The position numbers and the translations under genes were made by a program. DNA of 64,000 nucleotides from Eledone cirrhosa (Eukaryota). A model generated the notes under the pieces. It was not told the DNA's origin, ran no database searches, and saw nothing but the letters and a program-made list of their open reading frames with translations. This document shows positions 12,239 to 26,438 of this stretch, one piece after another. The first letter of the stretch is position 1; each line of letters starts with the position of its first letter. The stretch covers positions 224,936,001 to 225,000,000 of the forward strand of contig OZ024742.1 in NCBI GenBank assembly GCA_964016885.1. Reading direction: 5' to 3'.

Positions 12239-13660
12239 GGTGGTGGTGGTGGTGGTTTTGGTGGTGGTGTTGTGTTAATCATAGCTGGATGTTATTGTGT
12301 TGTTATTACCCTAGTTGGTGGTATTGTTGTCGTTGTTGTTGTTGTTGGTGGTGGTGGTCGTCGTCGTCGTCGTGGCGGCGGTGGTGGTGGTGGTCGTCGT
12401 GGCGGTGGTGGTGGTGGTGGTGGTGTTGTGTTAATCATAGCTGGATGTTATTGGTGTTGTTATTACCCTAGTTGGTGGTATTGTTGTTGGTGGTGGTGGT
12501 GGTCGTCGTCGTGGCGGCGGTGGTGGTGGTGGTCGTCGTGGCGGTGGTGGTGGTGGTGGTGGGTGGTGGTGGTGTTGTGTTAATCATAGCTGGATGTTAT
12601 TGGTGTTGTTATTACCCTAGTTGGTGGTATTGTTTGTCGTTGTTGTTGCTGTTGGTGGTGGTGGTGGTGGTGGTCGTCGTGGCGGCGGCGGTGGTGGTGG
12701 TGGTCGTCGTGGCGGCGGCGGTGGTGGTGGTGGTGGTCGTGGCGGCGGGTGGTGGTGGTGGTGGTGTGTTAATCATAGCTGGATGTTATTGGTGATCTTA
12801 TTACCCTAGTTGGTGGTATAGTTGTCGTTGTTGTTGTTGTTGGTGGTGGTTGTGTTGGTGGTATAGACAGTATTGTTGATGTTATTGTTGGTGTGGTGGT
12901 GATGGTGGTGGTGGTGGTGGTCGGTGGTGGTATGGCAGTCGTGCTGTGTTTATCATAGCTGGTGTTGTTATTGGTGGTGCTGGTGGTGGTGCTGGTGGTG
13001 GTCGGTTGTGTTATTGTTGTTTTTGTTGTTGTCAGGTTGGTCGGTCTGTTGTTATTGGTCGGCGTTTATGTTGCTGGTTGGTGCTGTGCTGGTGCTGCGT
13101 GTTGGTGGTTTGTTGTTTGTTTTTCCTTTTTCTCTTGAGTCTATCTAGGAGGTATTGTGTTATGGCCGTTCCTCTGTTGTAGGCAGTAGGGATTCTGATA
13201 TGGTGGTGCTAGCAGCCTGGCTGGAGGTGAGATTGGCGGCGGGTACGAGACTGAGACTGTGGTGGTGGTGATGTCGATACCGAGGCAGTGGTGGCGGTGA
13301 TGTAACCGTATTACTGTAGTGATGGTGCTGTAGCGGTGGTAGCAGTGAAGGAGTGAAGGGGGTGGTGGTGGTGGTGGTGGTGGTGGTGGTGGTGGTGGTG
13401 GTGGTGGTGGTGGTGGTGGTGGTGTTGTCAGAGTTGGTCGTGGTGGTGGTGGTGGTGGTGGTGGTGGTGGTGGTGGTGGTGGTGATAGTGGTGGTGGTGG
13501 TGGTGGTGATAGTGGTGGTGGTGGTGGTGGTGGTGGTGATGGTGGTGGTGGTGGTGGTGGTGGTGGTGGTGGTGGTGGTGGTGGTGGTGGTGGTGGTGGT
13601 GGTGGTGGTGGTGGTGGTGTTGGTGTTGTCAGAGTTGGTGGTATTGTTGTTATTGGTGCT
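11960..13660. repeat. (GGT/GTT/CGT)n low-complexity array with an embedded ~60-bp recurrent unit
   Basis: GTGTTAATCATAGCTGGATGTTATTG...TTATTACCCTAGTTGGTGGTA recurs at about 12272, 12428, 12577 and 12766; near-pure (GGT)n at 13360-13620. Confidence 0.9.
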
Positions 13661-13921
13661 GTAATTTTTTCACAGAAAGATAAATGAATGTTTTGTGTCA
13701 ACAAAGGATTGTATTTATGTCAACAATACAGAGTTTAATACTTTTACAAATCTCGCCCCGTATCGTATAGCTTGCTTGATCGACTCTACAGGCAATCCTA
13801 CATACATATCTATGTATGTACGTATGTATGTATGTATTATGTATGTATGTATGTATGTATGTATGTATTATGTATGTATTATGTATGTATATATATATTA
13901 TGTATGTATGTCTGTTCGTAT

Positions 13922-14053
13922 GTATGTATGTATTATATACGTACGTGCATGGGGTGTTTTTGTATGGTTGTACTTGTATATATATATATATATATACAAG
14001 TACAAACACACAAAAACAACACCCCATGCACGTACGTATATAATACATACATA
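13922..14053. repeat. Near-perfect inverted repeat centred on (TA)n
   Basis: TATTATATACGTACGTGCATGGGGTGTT...TTGTACTTG(TA)nCAAGTACAA...AACACCCCATGCACGTACGTATATAATA. Confidence 0.85.
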
Positions 14054-14219
14054 CATATATATATATGTGTGTGTGTATGTATGTGTGTATGTATGTATAT
14101 ACATATCTATTTATCACTGTCTGTCTCTTTCTCTCTTCTATATATATGTGGGAGTAGTAGTAGTAGTAGTGGGGGTGGGGTGGTAGTAGTAGTAGTAGTA
14201 GTAGTGGGGTGGAGTGGTA

Positions 14220-14283
<64 letters not shown>

Positions 14284-14711
14284 GGGTGGGGTAGTAGTAG
14301 TAGTAGTAGTAGTAGTAGTATAAAGTAATTTATTAGAAGCATATTCTGAATCAGAGTTAAAGCTATTGAAAAAGTCACATCAACGCAAATTAGAAATAAA
14401 TTAGAATTAAAATATAAACCAAACTTTGCACTTTTTGTCAATATAAATCGATATTTCAACCTGTACGACCTTAATCATTATTTTTACCTTACATTGTTCT
14501 GGCGACTCTCTCTATGTCGTTGTATATAAACACATATATATATATATGTGTATATATAAACATATATATATATATGTAACTCTCTCTATCACGTTATATA
14601 CATATATAAAAAAGGAACGATCGACTTTCGTCAAATCGGACCGAGGGAACAATGTTTCCGTTGGTCTTTCCAATTGCTAATACTATCTATCGGTCGCAAC
14701 TTCAGGTAGAA

Positions 14712-14832
14712 GGAGCAACGTGAAATAAAGTGTCTTGCTCAAGGACATAACGCATCGCCTGGTCCAGGAATCGAACTCACAACCTTACGATTGCGAATCC
14801 AAGTCTCTAACCACTCATCCACACGCCTTCAC
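14712..14832 (-). mobile_element. SINE family B fragment
   Basis: GGAGCAACGTGAAATAAAGTGTCTTGCTCAAGGACA...GGAATCGAACTC...CACGCCTTC is the reverse complement of the family B head and core. Confidence 0.8.
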
Positions 14833-14889
14833 TATATGCATATATATATAAACATATATATATATGTATATATAAACATATATATATGT

Positions 14890-14956
<67 letters not shown>

Positions 14957-15217
14957 GCTTCTTCTGTAATACGAATGTTTACATATTTAATTATTTAAAT
15001 TTTTAACAGTTATGTACTTATATGTTTATATATTTTACTTGTCTTTATATATACTTATTTTATTATTTTATACACGTTTTCCTACGTACCCTCACAATTA
15101 TATGTAGTTTGTCATGTTACTACTTATGGTATATAAATATGGAGTTTTGTCATAACTAATCACTGCCAAGACTGGAATTGAACCATCAGCACAGTTGAGG
15201 TATGTCAGACATCAATT

Positions 15218-15283
15218 TATTTTATCTGATGAGGACGTACTGATGAAACAGCTCAGTACCTCTGAAATATATATAATAAAATA
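15218..15283 (+). ncRNA. Type I hammerhead ribozyme motif
   Basis: Stem I TATTTTAT/ATAAAATA; core CTGATGA; stem II GGACGTACTGA/TCAGTACCTCT; GAAA; palindromic TATATA; AUA cleavage triplet. A (TA)n tract follows ~45 nt later. Confidence 0.75.
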
Positions 15284-15326
15284 TATTTGATCACATGAAA
15301 GTTCTATATTTATTAATATTTTGAAG

Positions 15327-15364
<38 letters not shown>

Positions 15365-15575
15365 ATGAGAAGAATGAATACTGCGTGGTTGCACATGGGT
15401 TACATATGATAAAAATAGTCCTTCATCAGTGATTTTCCAACCTTCATTGGTATTTCATCGCTTTAAAAATCATATACCTCCAGTTGGTGCGAGCAATAGC
15501 TAAATAAAGCTATTGGGACAAGTAAATCGCGTAAAGCGAGCGAGACAAGTAAACAAACATAGAAGGATAGCAACG
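15365..15575 (-). mobile_element. (TA)n-associated repeat family D copy (others at 21098-21258, 52935-53050 and 61697-62285)
   Basis: Shared motif TTGG(A/T/C)AAATCACTGATGA(A/G)GGACT...CCATGTGCAACC...GCAGTATTC. Confidence 0.65.
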
Positions 15576-15733
15576 CATATTCCGATGATTTGATTAGGCA
15601 TACATTGTATTTAAAATTGAGTGACACAACTTCAAGTCATTAGCAATTTTTAGACACCCTAATCAATGAAACAATTGTTAATACTGTAAATAAAACCCTT
15701 TTTGTACTGTTGTCCATGTTATTCTTCACTCTT

Positions 15734-15844
<111 letters not shown>

Positions 15845-16032
15845 TAAGTTGACGGACCCGGCGTATTTAACAATGCCAGGAAGGGAAGTAAGGTTCTATA
15901 CAAAACAGTGGATATAGAGAAAAGGTGAAGTTTATTATTATAACAAAACTCCAGTTAAACATTACAGTTCAGTGTTTGATATCTGCTATATAAAAGTCGG
16001 CTGATTCTAAATCAACTAAATTTCTTTAATCT

Positions 16033-16086
<54 letters not shown>

Positions 16087-16090
<4 letters not shown>

Positions 16091-16259
16091 AACGAGTAGG
16101 ACCCCAACGGCTGAGCTCAAGCCGTTTCGACGGCTAATTCTGGACTAAACGGGGTCAGCCGTCGGGGTCCTGCTCGTTCCTATTACCCACTCTACTACCC
16201 TAAGTATTGAGTACTTTGGTGCGTCATGGTCCACCTGGTTCCTTACCACATTTCCTTCG

Positions 16260-16262
<3 letters not shown>
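16087..16262 (+). mobile_element. Fold-back (hairpin + tail) element family B' in (TA)n
   Basis: Arms AGGAACGAGTAGGACCCC/GGGGTCCTGCTCGTTCCT, then tail ACCCACTCTACTACCCTAAGTATTGAGTACT...CCTTACCACA. Confidence 0.8.
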
Positions 16263-16325
<63 letters not shown>

Positions 16326-16595
16326 GTGAGATTTTTTTACAAAATGAAAAAAAACGAGGTGTCCTACACGAGTGAAAGTATAAAGAAAAAAGATAAATAT
16401 ATTTATTTGGTTCCTTTACCGGTTTCGCAGTTCCTTTACCGGTTTCGCACGGAAAATATATTTTAGGTTCTGTTTTTCTTTTTATCTTTTTCCTTTTTTT
16501 TATTCGTCAAAGTGACATTATTGAAAAGATGACATTATTCAAAAGTAGAAACAATTATTGAAAAAATGAGAGGGACAATTCTTTTTAAAAACGTT

Positions 16596-16651
<56 letters not shown>

Positions 16652-16654
<3 letters not shown>

Positions 16655-16861
16655 CGAAGGAAATGTGGTAAGGAACCAGATGGACCATAACGCACCAAAG
16701 TACTCAATACTTAGCGTAGTAGAGTGGATAATAGGAACGAGTAGGACCCCAACGGCTGAGCTCAAGCCGTTTCGACGGCTAATTCTGGACTAAAAACTTT
16801 TTTACTCCAGAATTTGCCGTCGAAACGGCTTAAGCTCAGCTGTCGGGGTCCTACTCGTTCT

Positions 16862-16863
<2 letters not shown>
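16652..16863 (-). mobile_element. Fold-back element family B' (inverted copy, full hairpin)
   Basis: Tail on the left and a ~130-bp hairpin at 16732-16862 containing GTCGAAACGGCTTAAGCTCAGCTGTCGGGG; (TA)n on both sides. Confidence 0.8.
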
Positions 16864-16897
<34 letters not shown>

Positions 16898-17233
16898 AGA
16901 GAGAAAAACCACGAACCCTCCATCTCAATTCTACTTTTGAAAACCACAAGAACTGCGAAACCGGTAAAGGAACCAAATAAATATATTTAAAAAAAAAAAA
17001 AGACTCCAGTTGCATTTTCGATTTCATCTTTTTTCCTTATACTTTCACTCGTGTAGGACACCTCGTTTTTTTTTCATTTTGTAAAAAAACCCTCACTTTT
17101 TTATATATATATATATATATATGTTAGTTGATTTAGAATCAGCCGACTTTTATATAACAGATACCAAGCACTGAACTCTAATGTTTATCTGGATAATAAA
17201 CAACAGATAGTTACATTAGTCCATCCCTATTTA

Positions 17234-17304
17234 TTTCATTATACGTATTTCGAAGATGTATGGCTTATGTATAACATAAATCAAAACGTTCTCTTCAGAT
17301 AAAA
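17234..17304 (-). ncRNA. Type I hammerhead ribozyme motif
   Basis: Minus strand: TTTTAT-CTGAAGA-GAA...TTATG..CATAA...TTC-GAAA-TACGTA-TA-ATGAAA. Stem I has 6 bp with one G-U pair; palindromic stem III; AATAAA at the 3' end. Confidence 0.7.
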
Positions 17305-17928
17305 TTCACAGGAGATGTAGACATCATTTGATATGCAGGCTGTCAGACGAGCTATTCAGTTCGGTGGCCGACAAACATATGCCTGGAAAAAACCTCGACC
17401 CAGAAGGTATTATATGAATGGGAAAAAATATTACAGTTAGTGTTGGCGTTTTTGAACTGGCTAAAGTAAGAGATTACCAGATTATCAAATAAATCAAAAG
17501 AAAACAAGTAGCGACCGTTGGTCTATTTAATTTACCACTTATGTTAGTTTAAATTAGATACTAAATCAAAATTATAGAAATTTAAAAATTTATTCAAACA
17601 TGCTAAAGTTATAATGTAACTATATAATAATGAAACATTTTAAAATATTAATTTCATAGTCAATTTATCATTGTTTTTATTTACAATTTTATTTTACATA
17701 TTATATAAGTGGGAAAATATTTAACAGTTGGCGTTGATATTTTTAAGAACTGGTTAGGGTATCAAGTTACCGGATTAAACAATTAGTTCAAAGGAAAAGA
17801 TGTATGTATTATAGACTAATTTATCATTTTATGTTAGAATTAATTCACTTAGATACTATTTAAAATGTTAAGATAGATGTTAAAGTTATAATGAAGAAAA
17901 ATTATTTGTATAAAATCATAATTTCCCC

Positions 17929-17985
<57 letters not shown>

Positions 17986-18713
17986 CGTGAACATATGAAA
18001 TAAAAAAAATAGATGGCATAACAGGCTTCAATTACTCCGAAGCAAAACATCCAAAGCCACTGCGAGTACTATATAATTTGTATGATATGAAAGATATTCC
18101 ATCAATCTTGTCCAAATGATACCGACATCATCTTTAAGAATAACCACCCAAGGCTTTGTACTTTGCTATCTAACACCTACAAAATTCGGGCTTGCATCAT
18201 ATAAGAACATTACGGCAAAGGTATTTTCTCTTAACTGGCCTCGTTCTCATTAAGATTATACCGAAACACATGAAGGAATAAAACTACACCTTCACATTCA
18301 AATGGTTTCTAGACAAATTTTACTCCACCAAAAAGATAGAGTAAACAAAAAGGACATACAGGGAAACAGGATAGTCGTTGAGGAGGTCACAGGATATGTG
18401 TCGAAGGAGCTTTGACAATTAACATGACAATTTTACAATTGACCATCCGGTCACTAAAGTTACCGATAAAAAGATTAGTTATTCAACTCATAATAAACTT
18501 AAGGGTTTTTATTTGCAGCACAACCCACAACCGTGCCTCCTTTTAAAAAAAGTATAACAATATTTATTTCAACATAGGATTTCAAACCAAGAATCTTGCA
18601 AAACAAATACAAAATCCAGCATTTCAGCGCTTAAATACTTTCTATATTCTTATATATATATATATATATATTTTATATATATATATATATATTTTATATA
18701 TATATATATATAT

Positions 18714-18872
18714 AAACGGAAAAAATGAAACGATATTTCATTTCCCACTCTTAGTACGGCTGTTACTTAAATATAAGTATGTACACGTACATACATATAT
18801 GTATACCGACGTACAGTAGTATGTATATATATATATACATACATGCACACATATATATATGCACGTATGGAT
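18714..18872 (-). mobile_element. Fragment of the 471/435-bp HHR repeat family (no ribozyme retained)
   Basis: ATTTCATTTCCCACTCTTAGTACGGCTGTTACTTAAATATAAGTATG matches 53822-53870 and 60530-60578. Confidence 0.75.
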
Positions 18873-18983
18873 TCACATGGTTGTACTGGGATACATGTTA
18901 CCAGTAGCACCAACTGGTGACCTGACATACATACATACATACATACATACATACATACATACATACATACATACATACATACA

Positions 18984-19014
<31 letters not shown>

Positions 19015-19830
19015 GTATACATATGGTGTGAACACCCCAAGCTGTCATACGATCAACTTGAAATACATTCCATAAAAATAGACTTAGTTGAGCCAACTCA
19101 CTTTTTTATTCCTTGACTGGTTTCATTGAGTAGATTGCGACCATGCTGGGGCACCTCCTTGAACGGATATATTTCCCTCGTGTCTTCTGTTCAGTCTAGA
19201 ACAATCTTCCATAATGTGTGTGGCCTCTGTAATTTGTCGCAAAGACAAGATGGAGTAGAAATTTAAGACTAGGATAAAGAGGGTGCACAAATGTGATATT
19301 CTTTGAGGAGGTCACAGAATGTGTGACGAAAGGACTTTGATAAACAAATGAATAACGAAAGGGTTAAGTGAAAATTATATGGTGTGTTTCTTTCTATTGG
19401 CAATATTGGCAATATGACCATACCGAAATATAACAATATCGGTTTCAACACACGATTTCACATCAAGAATCTTGCAGAACAAAGCATAAACGTAAATATA
19501 TATATTTATGTGTGTGTGTATTTTGTGTGTGGGGGGGGGTGTACAAAATGCACACAGAAATATCAAAGTAAACAACACATGAAGAAATATATTAGTTTTA
19601 CGTTTGATAACGTTTCGGGCGCTAGTCCCTCATTAGAAAATAGAATGAGAAATCAGAAGAGAATAGTGGAGGTAAAGTGGTAGTGAGTCGTGGTATATTG
19701 GTAGAAAGCAAAAAAACAATGAGAAGGGTATGTATGACCTTGGCTGCACGTACATACTTGTTTATATATATATATATATAGTTAAATAAGATAAGGACGA
19801 TTGGTTACTCCTTCATTACGTTTATTGGTT

Positions 19831-19915
19831 GGTGACGCGCGTTTCGCCACTGACGAGCTCAAGGTTTGATCTGTATCGATCTGACCTGACTCTGTAATCC
19901 GCGGCTCGTCAGACC
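19831..19915 (-). ncRNA. Type I hammerhead ribozyme with ~50-nt loop 2
   Basis: Minus strand: GGT-CTGACGA-GCCGC-(loop)-GTGGC-GAAA-CGCGCG-TC-ACC, then AATAAA. Predicted GUC cleavage between 19834 and 19833; (TA)n on both sides. Confidence 0.8.
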
Positions 19916-19920
19916 CCTTG

Positions 19921-20445
<525 letters not shown>

Positions 20446-20468
20446 AGGTAAGCCGTCATGTCTTTTAC

Positions 20469-20512
<44 letters not shown>

Positions 20513-20734
20513 TATATATATATATATGTGCATGCTCCATGTGTAACTAACGCATACTCTACCTACTAGATCTGACTATCAAACTATCCACTTGCATTAT
20601 CTGTGTTATCTGCCGAATGTACTTTAATTTTAATTTTGATTTTGATTTTGATTTTGATTTTGAATTTGAATTGCTGTACAAATATAGTATAGTATAATAT
20701 ATGTCACCCCACTGTACATCAATATATATATATA

Positions 20735-20878
20735 TGTATCTGTATGTCTCTTGCGTTGGATAGGAGGTCAATTATATGTACAAACATTGAAAAATGCTCC
20801 GAAGACTTCAAGCCTAGGTTTGGATGAAACAATTGTAAGTGAATAAATGCTTTGAACATAGCTTTGACTCTTGTGAAT

Positions 20879-20880
<2 letters not shown>
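20735..20880 (+). mobile_element. Diverged 3' end of the Penelope-like family, with HHR at 20795-20841
   Basis: Homologous to the reverse complement of 40565-40700. HHR: TGCT-CCGAAGA-CTTCAAGC-CTAG-GTTTGGAT-GAAA-CAATTG-TA-AGTG. Confidence 0.75.
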
Positions 20881-20902
<22 letters not shown>

Positions 20903-20909
<7 letters not shown>

Positions 20910-21088
20910 AGATTCAGGACCCCGACGACTGAGCTCCGAACGGATCTAGTTCGGTTCTAGCTGTCGAAACGACTGGAGCTCAGCCGTTGGGGTTCTGAAT
21001 CTTTTCATATTACCCACTCTACTACCCCATGCATCGAGTACTCCGTGCGTTATGGTCCACCTGGCATCTTACCACACATCTTTGTTAT
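20903..21088 (+). mobile_element. Fold-back element family B' (diverged subfamily)
   Basis: Arms GAAAAGATTCAGGACCCC/GGGGTTCTGAATCTTTTC plus the same tail; (TA)n flanks. Confidence 0.75.
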
Positions 21089-21257
21089 ATATATATATTG
21101 TCCTAATAACTTAATTTAGTTATTATTGCACCAACGTGAGGTATATGATTTTTAATGCAATGAAATATCTATGACCGTTGGCAAATCACTGATGAGGGAC
21201 TCATTTTATAACATGTTATCCATGTGCAACCTGCAGTATTCTTCTCCCCATTTATTC

Positions 21258-21291
<34 letters not shown>

Positions 21292-21825
21292 ATACATACA
21301 TACATACATACATACATACATACATACATACATACATACACACATACACAAATAAATTATATTTGGGAAAACCAAACCAGACAAAGAAAAATGTACCTAT
21401 TTACTTTGAATGTCCCTATTGCAGTTTCGTTGAGTAAACCTCAGTTTTGAGCACTGTGAAAACCTCAACTCGTCAGGGAACATTTCAAACAAGAGAGAAT
21501 CCTTCTGAGTTATCCGCTAACAGCGATAATTTCGAATGGAAGAATCATCGTGTGATTTACGGTCAACAGAGTGGCAGTGGTAGGTGGACAATGGCAAGTA
21601 AAGGGGATGCAAGAAGAAGCAGTCCGAATTTTTTACTCACTCACGGCCCAAATTTTTTACTCACTCATCAGGGAGTAATTAACAAATTTACTGAAGATAC
21701 ATGTATATAGACAAAAGTATCGATACAGATATAAGGGATTCAACCAATACCAGTTTTGTTCAATGAGGGAATTAATTAGAGCATAATAGAATATTTGGGA
21801 AAAGCAAACAAGACAAAGAAATATA

Positions 21826-21884
<59 letters not shown>

Positions 21885-21957
21885 TGGGGGTAGATCTAAT
21901 GAACCTGTGAGTACACTGGTGAAACTCCAGTGTAACAAGACACATCACTTAACAACA

Positions 21958-22078
21958 CTGGATTGATGGCATCGGTAGAGCGTCCTTACGGGCTCGATAA
22001 AGTATCAGTAACGCACTGGGGTCGATTTAATCGAAATTCCACTCCTACCTGCAAAATTGTTGGTCTTGTGCCTAAATC
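21958..22078 (+). mobile_element. SINE family A, internally deleted
   Basis: Head GGATTGATGGCATCGGTAGAG joined to CTCGATAAAGTATCAG...CACTGGGGTCGATTTAATCG...GGTCTTGTGCCTAAA. Confidence 0.65.
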
Positions 22079-22299
22079 ATCAGCACCACCACCACCACCA
22101 CCATCATGACCGTCGTCATTACCGAGAACATCATTACCATTATCACCACCAACAACAACATCAACATCACCAGCATCACCACCAGCAACCACACCATCAC
22201 AACCACACCACCAGTATCACCACTATTACTACTATTCCCATCATCCCACGACTACTGCTAACACCTCCAACATCATCATCAGCACCACCACCACCAACA

Positions 22300-22604
22300 A
22301 CAACAAAACAACACCGCCACCACAAGTTACACCACTAACACCACCACCACCACCACCAGCAACAAAACCATCATCACCACCAACACCACCAGCACCAACA
22401 AAACAACACCACCACCACAAGTGACACCACTAACACCACCACCACCAACAACAACAACAAAACAATCATCACCACCAACACCACCAACACCACCACCACA
22501 AGTGACACCACTAACACCACCGCCACCACCAACAAAACCATCATCAGCACCAACACCACCAGCACCAACAAAACAACACCACCACCACAAGTGACACCAC
22601 TAAC

Positions 22605-22636
<32 letters not shown>

Positions 22637-23741
22637 AACAATCATCACCACCAACACCACCAACACCACCAACACCACCACCACAAGTGACACCACTAAC
22701 ACCACCGCCACCACCAACAACAACCCACATCATCACCACCAACACCACCAACACCACCAACACCACCAACACCAACAAAACAACACATCCACCACAAGTT
22801 ACACCCCCCCCCCCACCAAAAACAAAACCATCATCACCACCAACACCACCAGCACCAACAAAAGAACACCACCACCACAAGTGACACCACTAACACCACC
22901 GCCACCACCAACAACAAAACCATCATCACCACCAACACCACCAACACCACCACCACAAGTGACACCACTAACACCACCGCCACCACCAACAACAAAACCA
23001 TCATCACCACCAACACCACCAGCACCAACAAAAGAACACCGCCACCACAAGTTACACCACTAACACCACCGCCACCACCAACAACAAAACCATCATCACC
23101 ACCAACACCACCAGCACCAACAAAAGAACACCACCACCACAAGTTACACCACTAACACCACCGCCACCACCAACAACAAAACCATCATCACCACCAACAC
23201 CACCAGCACCAACAAAAGAACACCGCCACCACAAGTTACACCACTAACACCACCGCCACCACCAACAACAAAACCATCATCACCACCAACACCACCAGCA
23301 CCAACAAAAGAACACCACCACCACAAGTTACACCACTAACACCACCGCCACCACCAACAACAAAACCATCATCACCACCAACACCACCAGCACCAACAAA
23401 AGAACACCGCCACCACAAGTTACACCACTAACACCACCGCCACCACCAACAACAAAACCATCATCACCACCAACACCACCAGCACCAACAAAAGAACACC
23501 ACCACCACAAGTTACACCACTAACACCACCACCACCAACAACAAAACCATCATCACCACCAACACCACCATCACCAAGAAAACAACACCGCCACCACAAG
23601 TTACACCACTAACACCACCACCACCACCACCAGCAACAAAACCATCATCACCACCAACACCACCACCACCACCAACAACAAAACCATCATCACCACCAAC
23701 ACCACCAGCACCAACAAAACAACACCGCCACCACAAGTTAC

Positions 23742-23773
<32 letters not shown>

Positions 23774-25352
23774 AACCATCATCACCACCAACACCACCAG
23801 CACCAACAAAACAACACCCCACCACAAGTTACACCACTAACACCACCACCAACAACAACAAAACCATCATCACCACCACCAACAGCATCAATAAAACAAC
23901 ACCGCCACCACAAGTTACACCACTAACACCACCACCACCAACAACAACAACAAAACCATCATCACCACCAACACCACCACCACCACCAACAACAAAACCA
24001 TCATCACCACCAACACCACCAGCACCAACAAAACAACACCCCCACCACAAGTTACACCACTAACACCACCACCAACAACAACAACAAAACCATCATCACC
24101 ACCAACACCGCCAGCACCAACAAAACAACACCACCACCACAAGTTACACCACTAACACCACCACTACCAACAACAACAAAACCATCATCACCACCAACAC
24201 CACCAGCACCAACAAAACAACACCACCACCACAAGTGACACCACTAACACCACCGCCACCACCAACAACAAAACAATCATCACCACCAACACCACCAACA
24301 CCACCACCAACAACAACAACAACAAAACAATCATCACCACCAACACCACCAACACCACCACCACCCCCACCAAAAACAAAACAATCATCACCACCAACAC
24401 CACCAACACCACCACCAGCCCCCACCAAAAACAAAACCATCATCACCACCAACACCACCAGCACCAACAAAACAACACCACCACCACAAGTGACACCATT
24501 AACACCACCACCACCAACAACAAAACCATCATCACCACCAGCACCGCCAGCACCAACAAAAGAACACCACCACCACAAGTTACACCACTAACACCAACAA
24601 CAAAACAATCATCACCACCAACACCACCAACACCACCAACACCAACAAAACAACACCTCCACCACAAGTTACACCACTAACACCACCACCACCAACAACA
24701 AAACCATCATCACCACCAATACCACCAGCACCAACAAAACAACACCTCCACCACAAGTTACACCACTAACACCACCACCACCAACAACAAAACCATCATC
24801 ACCACCAACACCACCAGCACCAACAAAAGAACACCACCACCACAAGTGACACCACTAACACCACCGCCACCACCAACAACAAAACCATCATCACCACCAA
24901 CACCACCAGCACCAACAAAAGAACACCACCACCACAAGTGACACCACTAACACCACCGCCACCACCAACAACAAAACCATCATCACCACCAACACCACCA
25001 GCACCAACAAAAGAACACCGCCACCACAAGTTACACCACTAACACCACCGCCACCACCAACAACAAAACCATCATCACCACCAACACCACCAGCACCAAC
25101 AAAAGAACACCACCACCACAAGTTACACCACTAACACCACCACCACCAACAACAAAACCATCATCACCACCAACACCACCATCACCAAGAAAACAACACC
25201 GCCACCACAAGTTACACCACCAACACCACCACCACCACCACCAGCAACAAAACCATCATCACCACCAACACCACCACCACCACCAACAACAAAACCATCA
25301 TCACCACCAACACCACCAGCACCAACAAAACAACACCGCCACCACAAGTTAC

Positions 25353-25384
<32 letters not shown>

Positions 25385-26406
25385 AACCATCATCACCACC
25401 AACACCACCAGCACCAACAAAACAACACCCCACCACAAGTTACACCACTAACACCACCACCAACAACAACAAAACCATCATCACCACCACCAACAGCATC
25501 AATAAAACAACACCGCCACCACAAGTTACACCACTAACACCACCACCACCAACAACAACAACAAAACCATCATCACCACCAACACCACCACCACCACCAA
25601 CAACAAAACCATCATCACCACCAACACCACCAGCACCAACAAAACAACACCCCCACCACAAGTTACACCACTAACACCACCACCAACAACAACAACAAAA
25701 CCATCATCACCACCAACAGCGCCAGCACCAACAAAACAACACCACCACCACAAGTTACACCACTAACACCACCACCACCAACAACAACAAAACCATCATC
25801 ACCACCAACACCACCAGCACCAACAAAACAACACCACCACCACAAGTGACACCACTAACACCACCGCCACCACCAACAACAAAACAATCATCACCACCAA
25901 CACCACCAACACCACCACCAACAACAACAACAACAAAACCATCATCACCACCAACACCACCAGCACCAACAAAAGAACACCACCACCACAAGTGACACCA
26001 CTAACACCACCGCCACCACCAACAACAAAACCATCATCACCACCAACACCACCAGCACCAACAAAAGAACACCGCCACCACAAGTTACACCACTAACACC
26101 ACCGCCACCACCAACAACAAAACCATCATCACCACCAACACCACCAGCACCAACAAAAGAACACCACCACCACAAGTTACACCACTAACACCACCACCAC
26201 CAACAACAAAACCATCATCACCACCAACACCACCATCACCAAGAAAACAACACCGCCACCACAAGTTACACCACCAACACCACCACCACCACCACCAGCA
26301 ACAAAACCATCATCACCACCAACACCACCACCACCACCAACAACAAAACCATCATCACCACCAACACCACCAGCACCAACAAAACAACACCGCCACCACA
26401 AGTTAC

Positions 26407-26438
<32 letters not shown>

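Noticed and set aside
903-13704. Huge Thr/Pro/Asn-, Val- or Gly-rich ORFs (mucin/extensin-like)
   Set aside because: Open in several frames on both strands because GGT/GTT triplets lack stops; phase shifts within the array, starts lie inside SINEs, and there are no unique domains or convincing splice sites.
19603-19640. HHR-like motif on minus (CTAATGA-GGG...CCC-GAAACGTT)
   Set aside because: G5 is mutated and stem I does not pair; at best a dead relic.
21655-21740. CTGATGA (minus) and CTGAAGA (plus) cores
   Set aside because: No correctly placed GAAA and stems; a similarly degenerate case is at ~40358.
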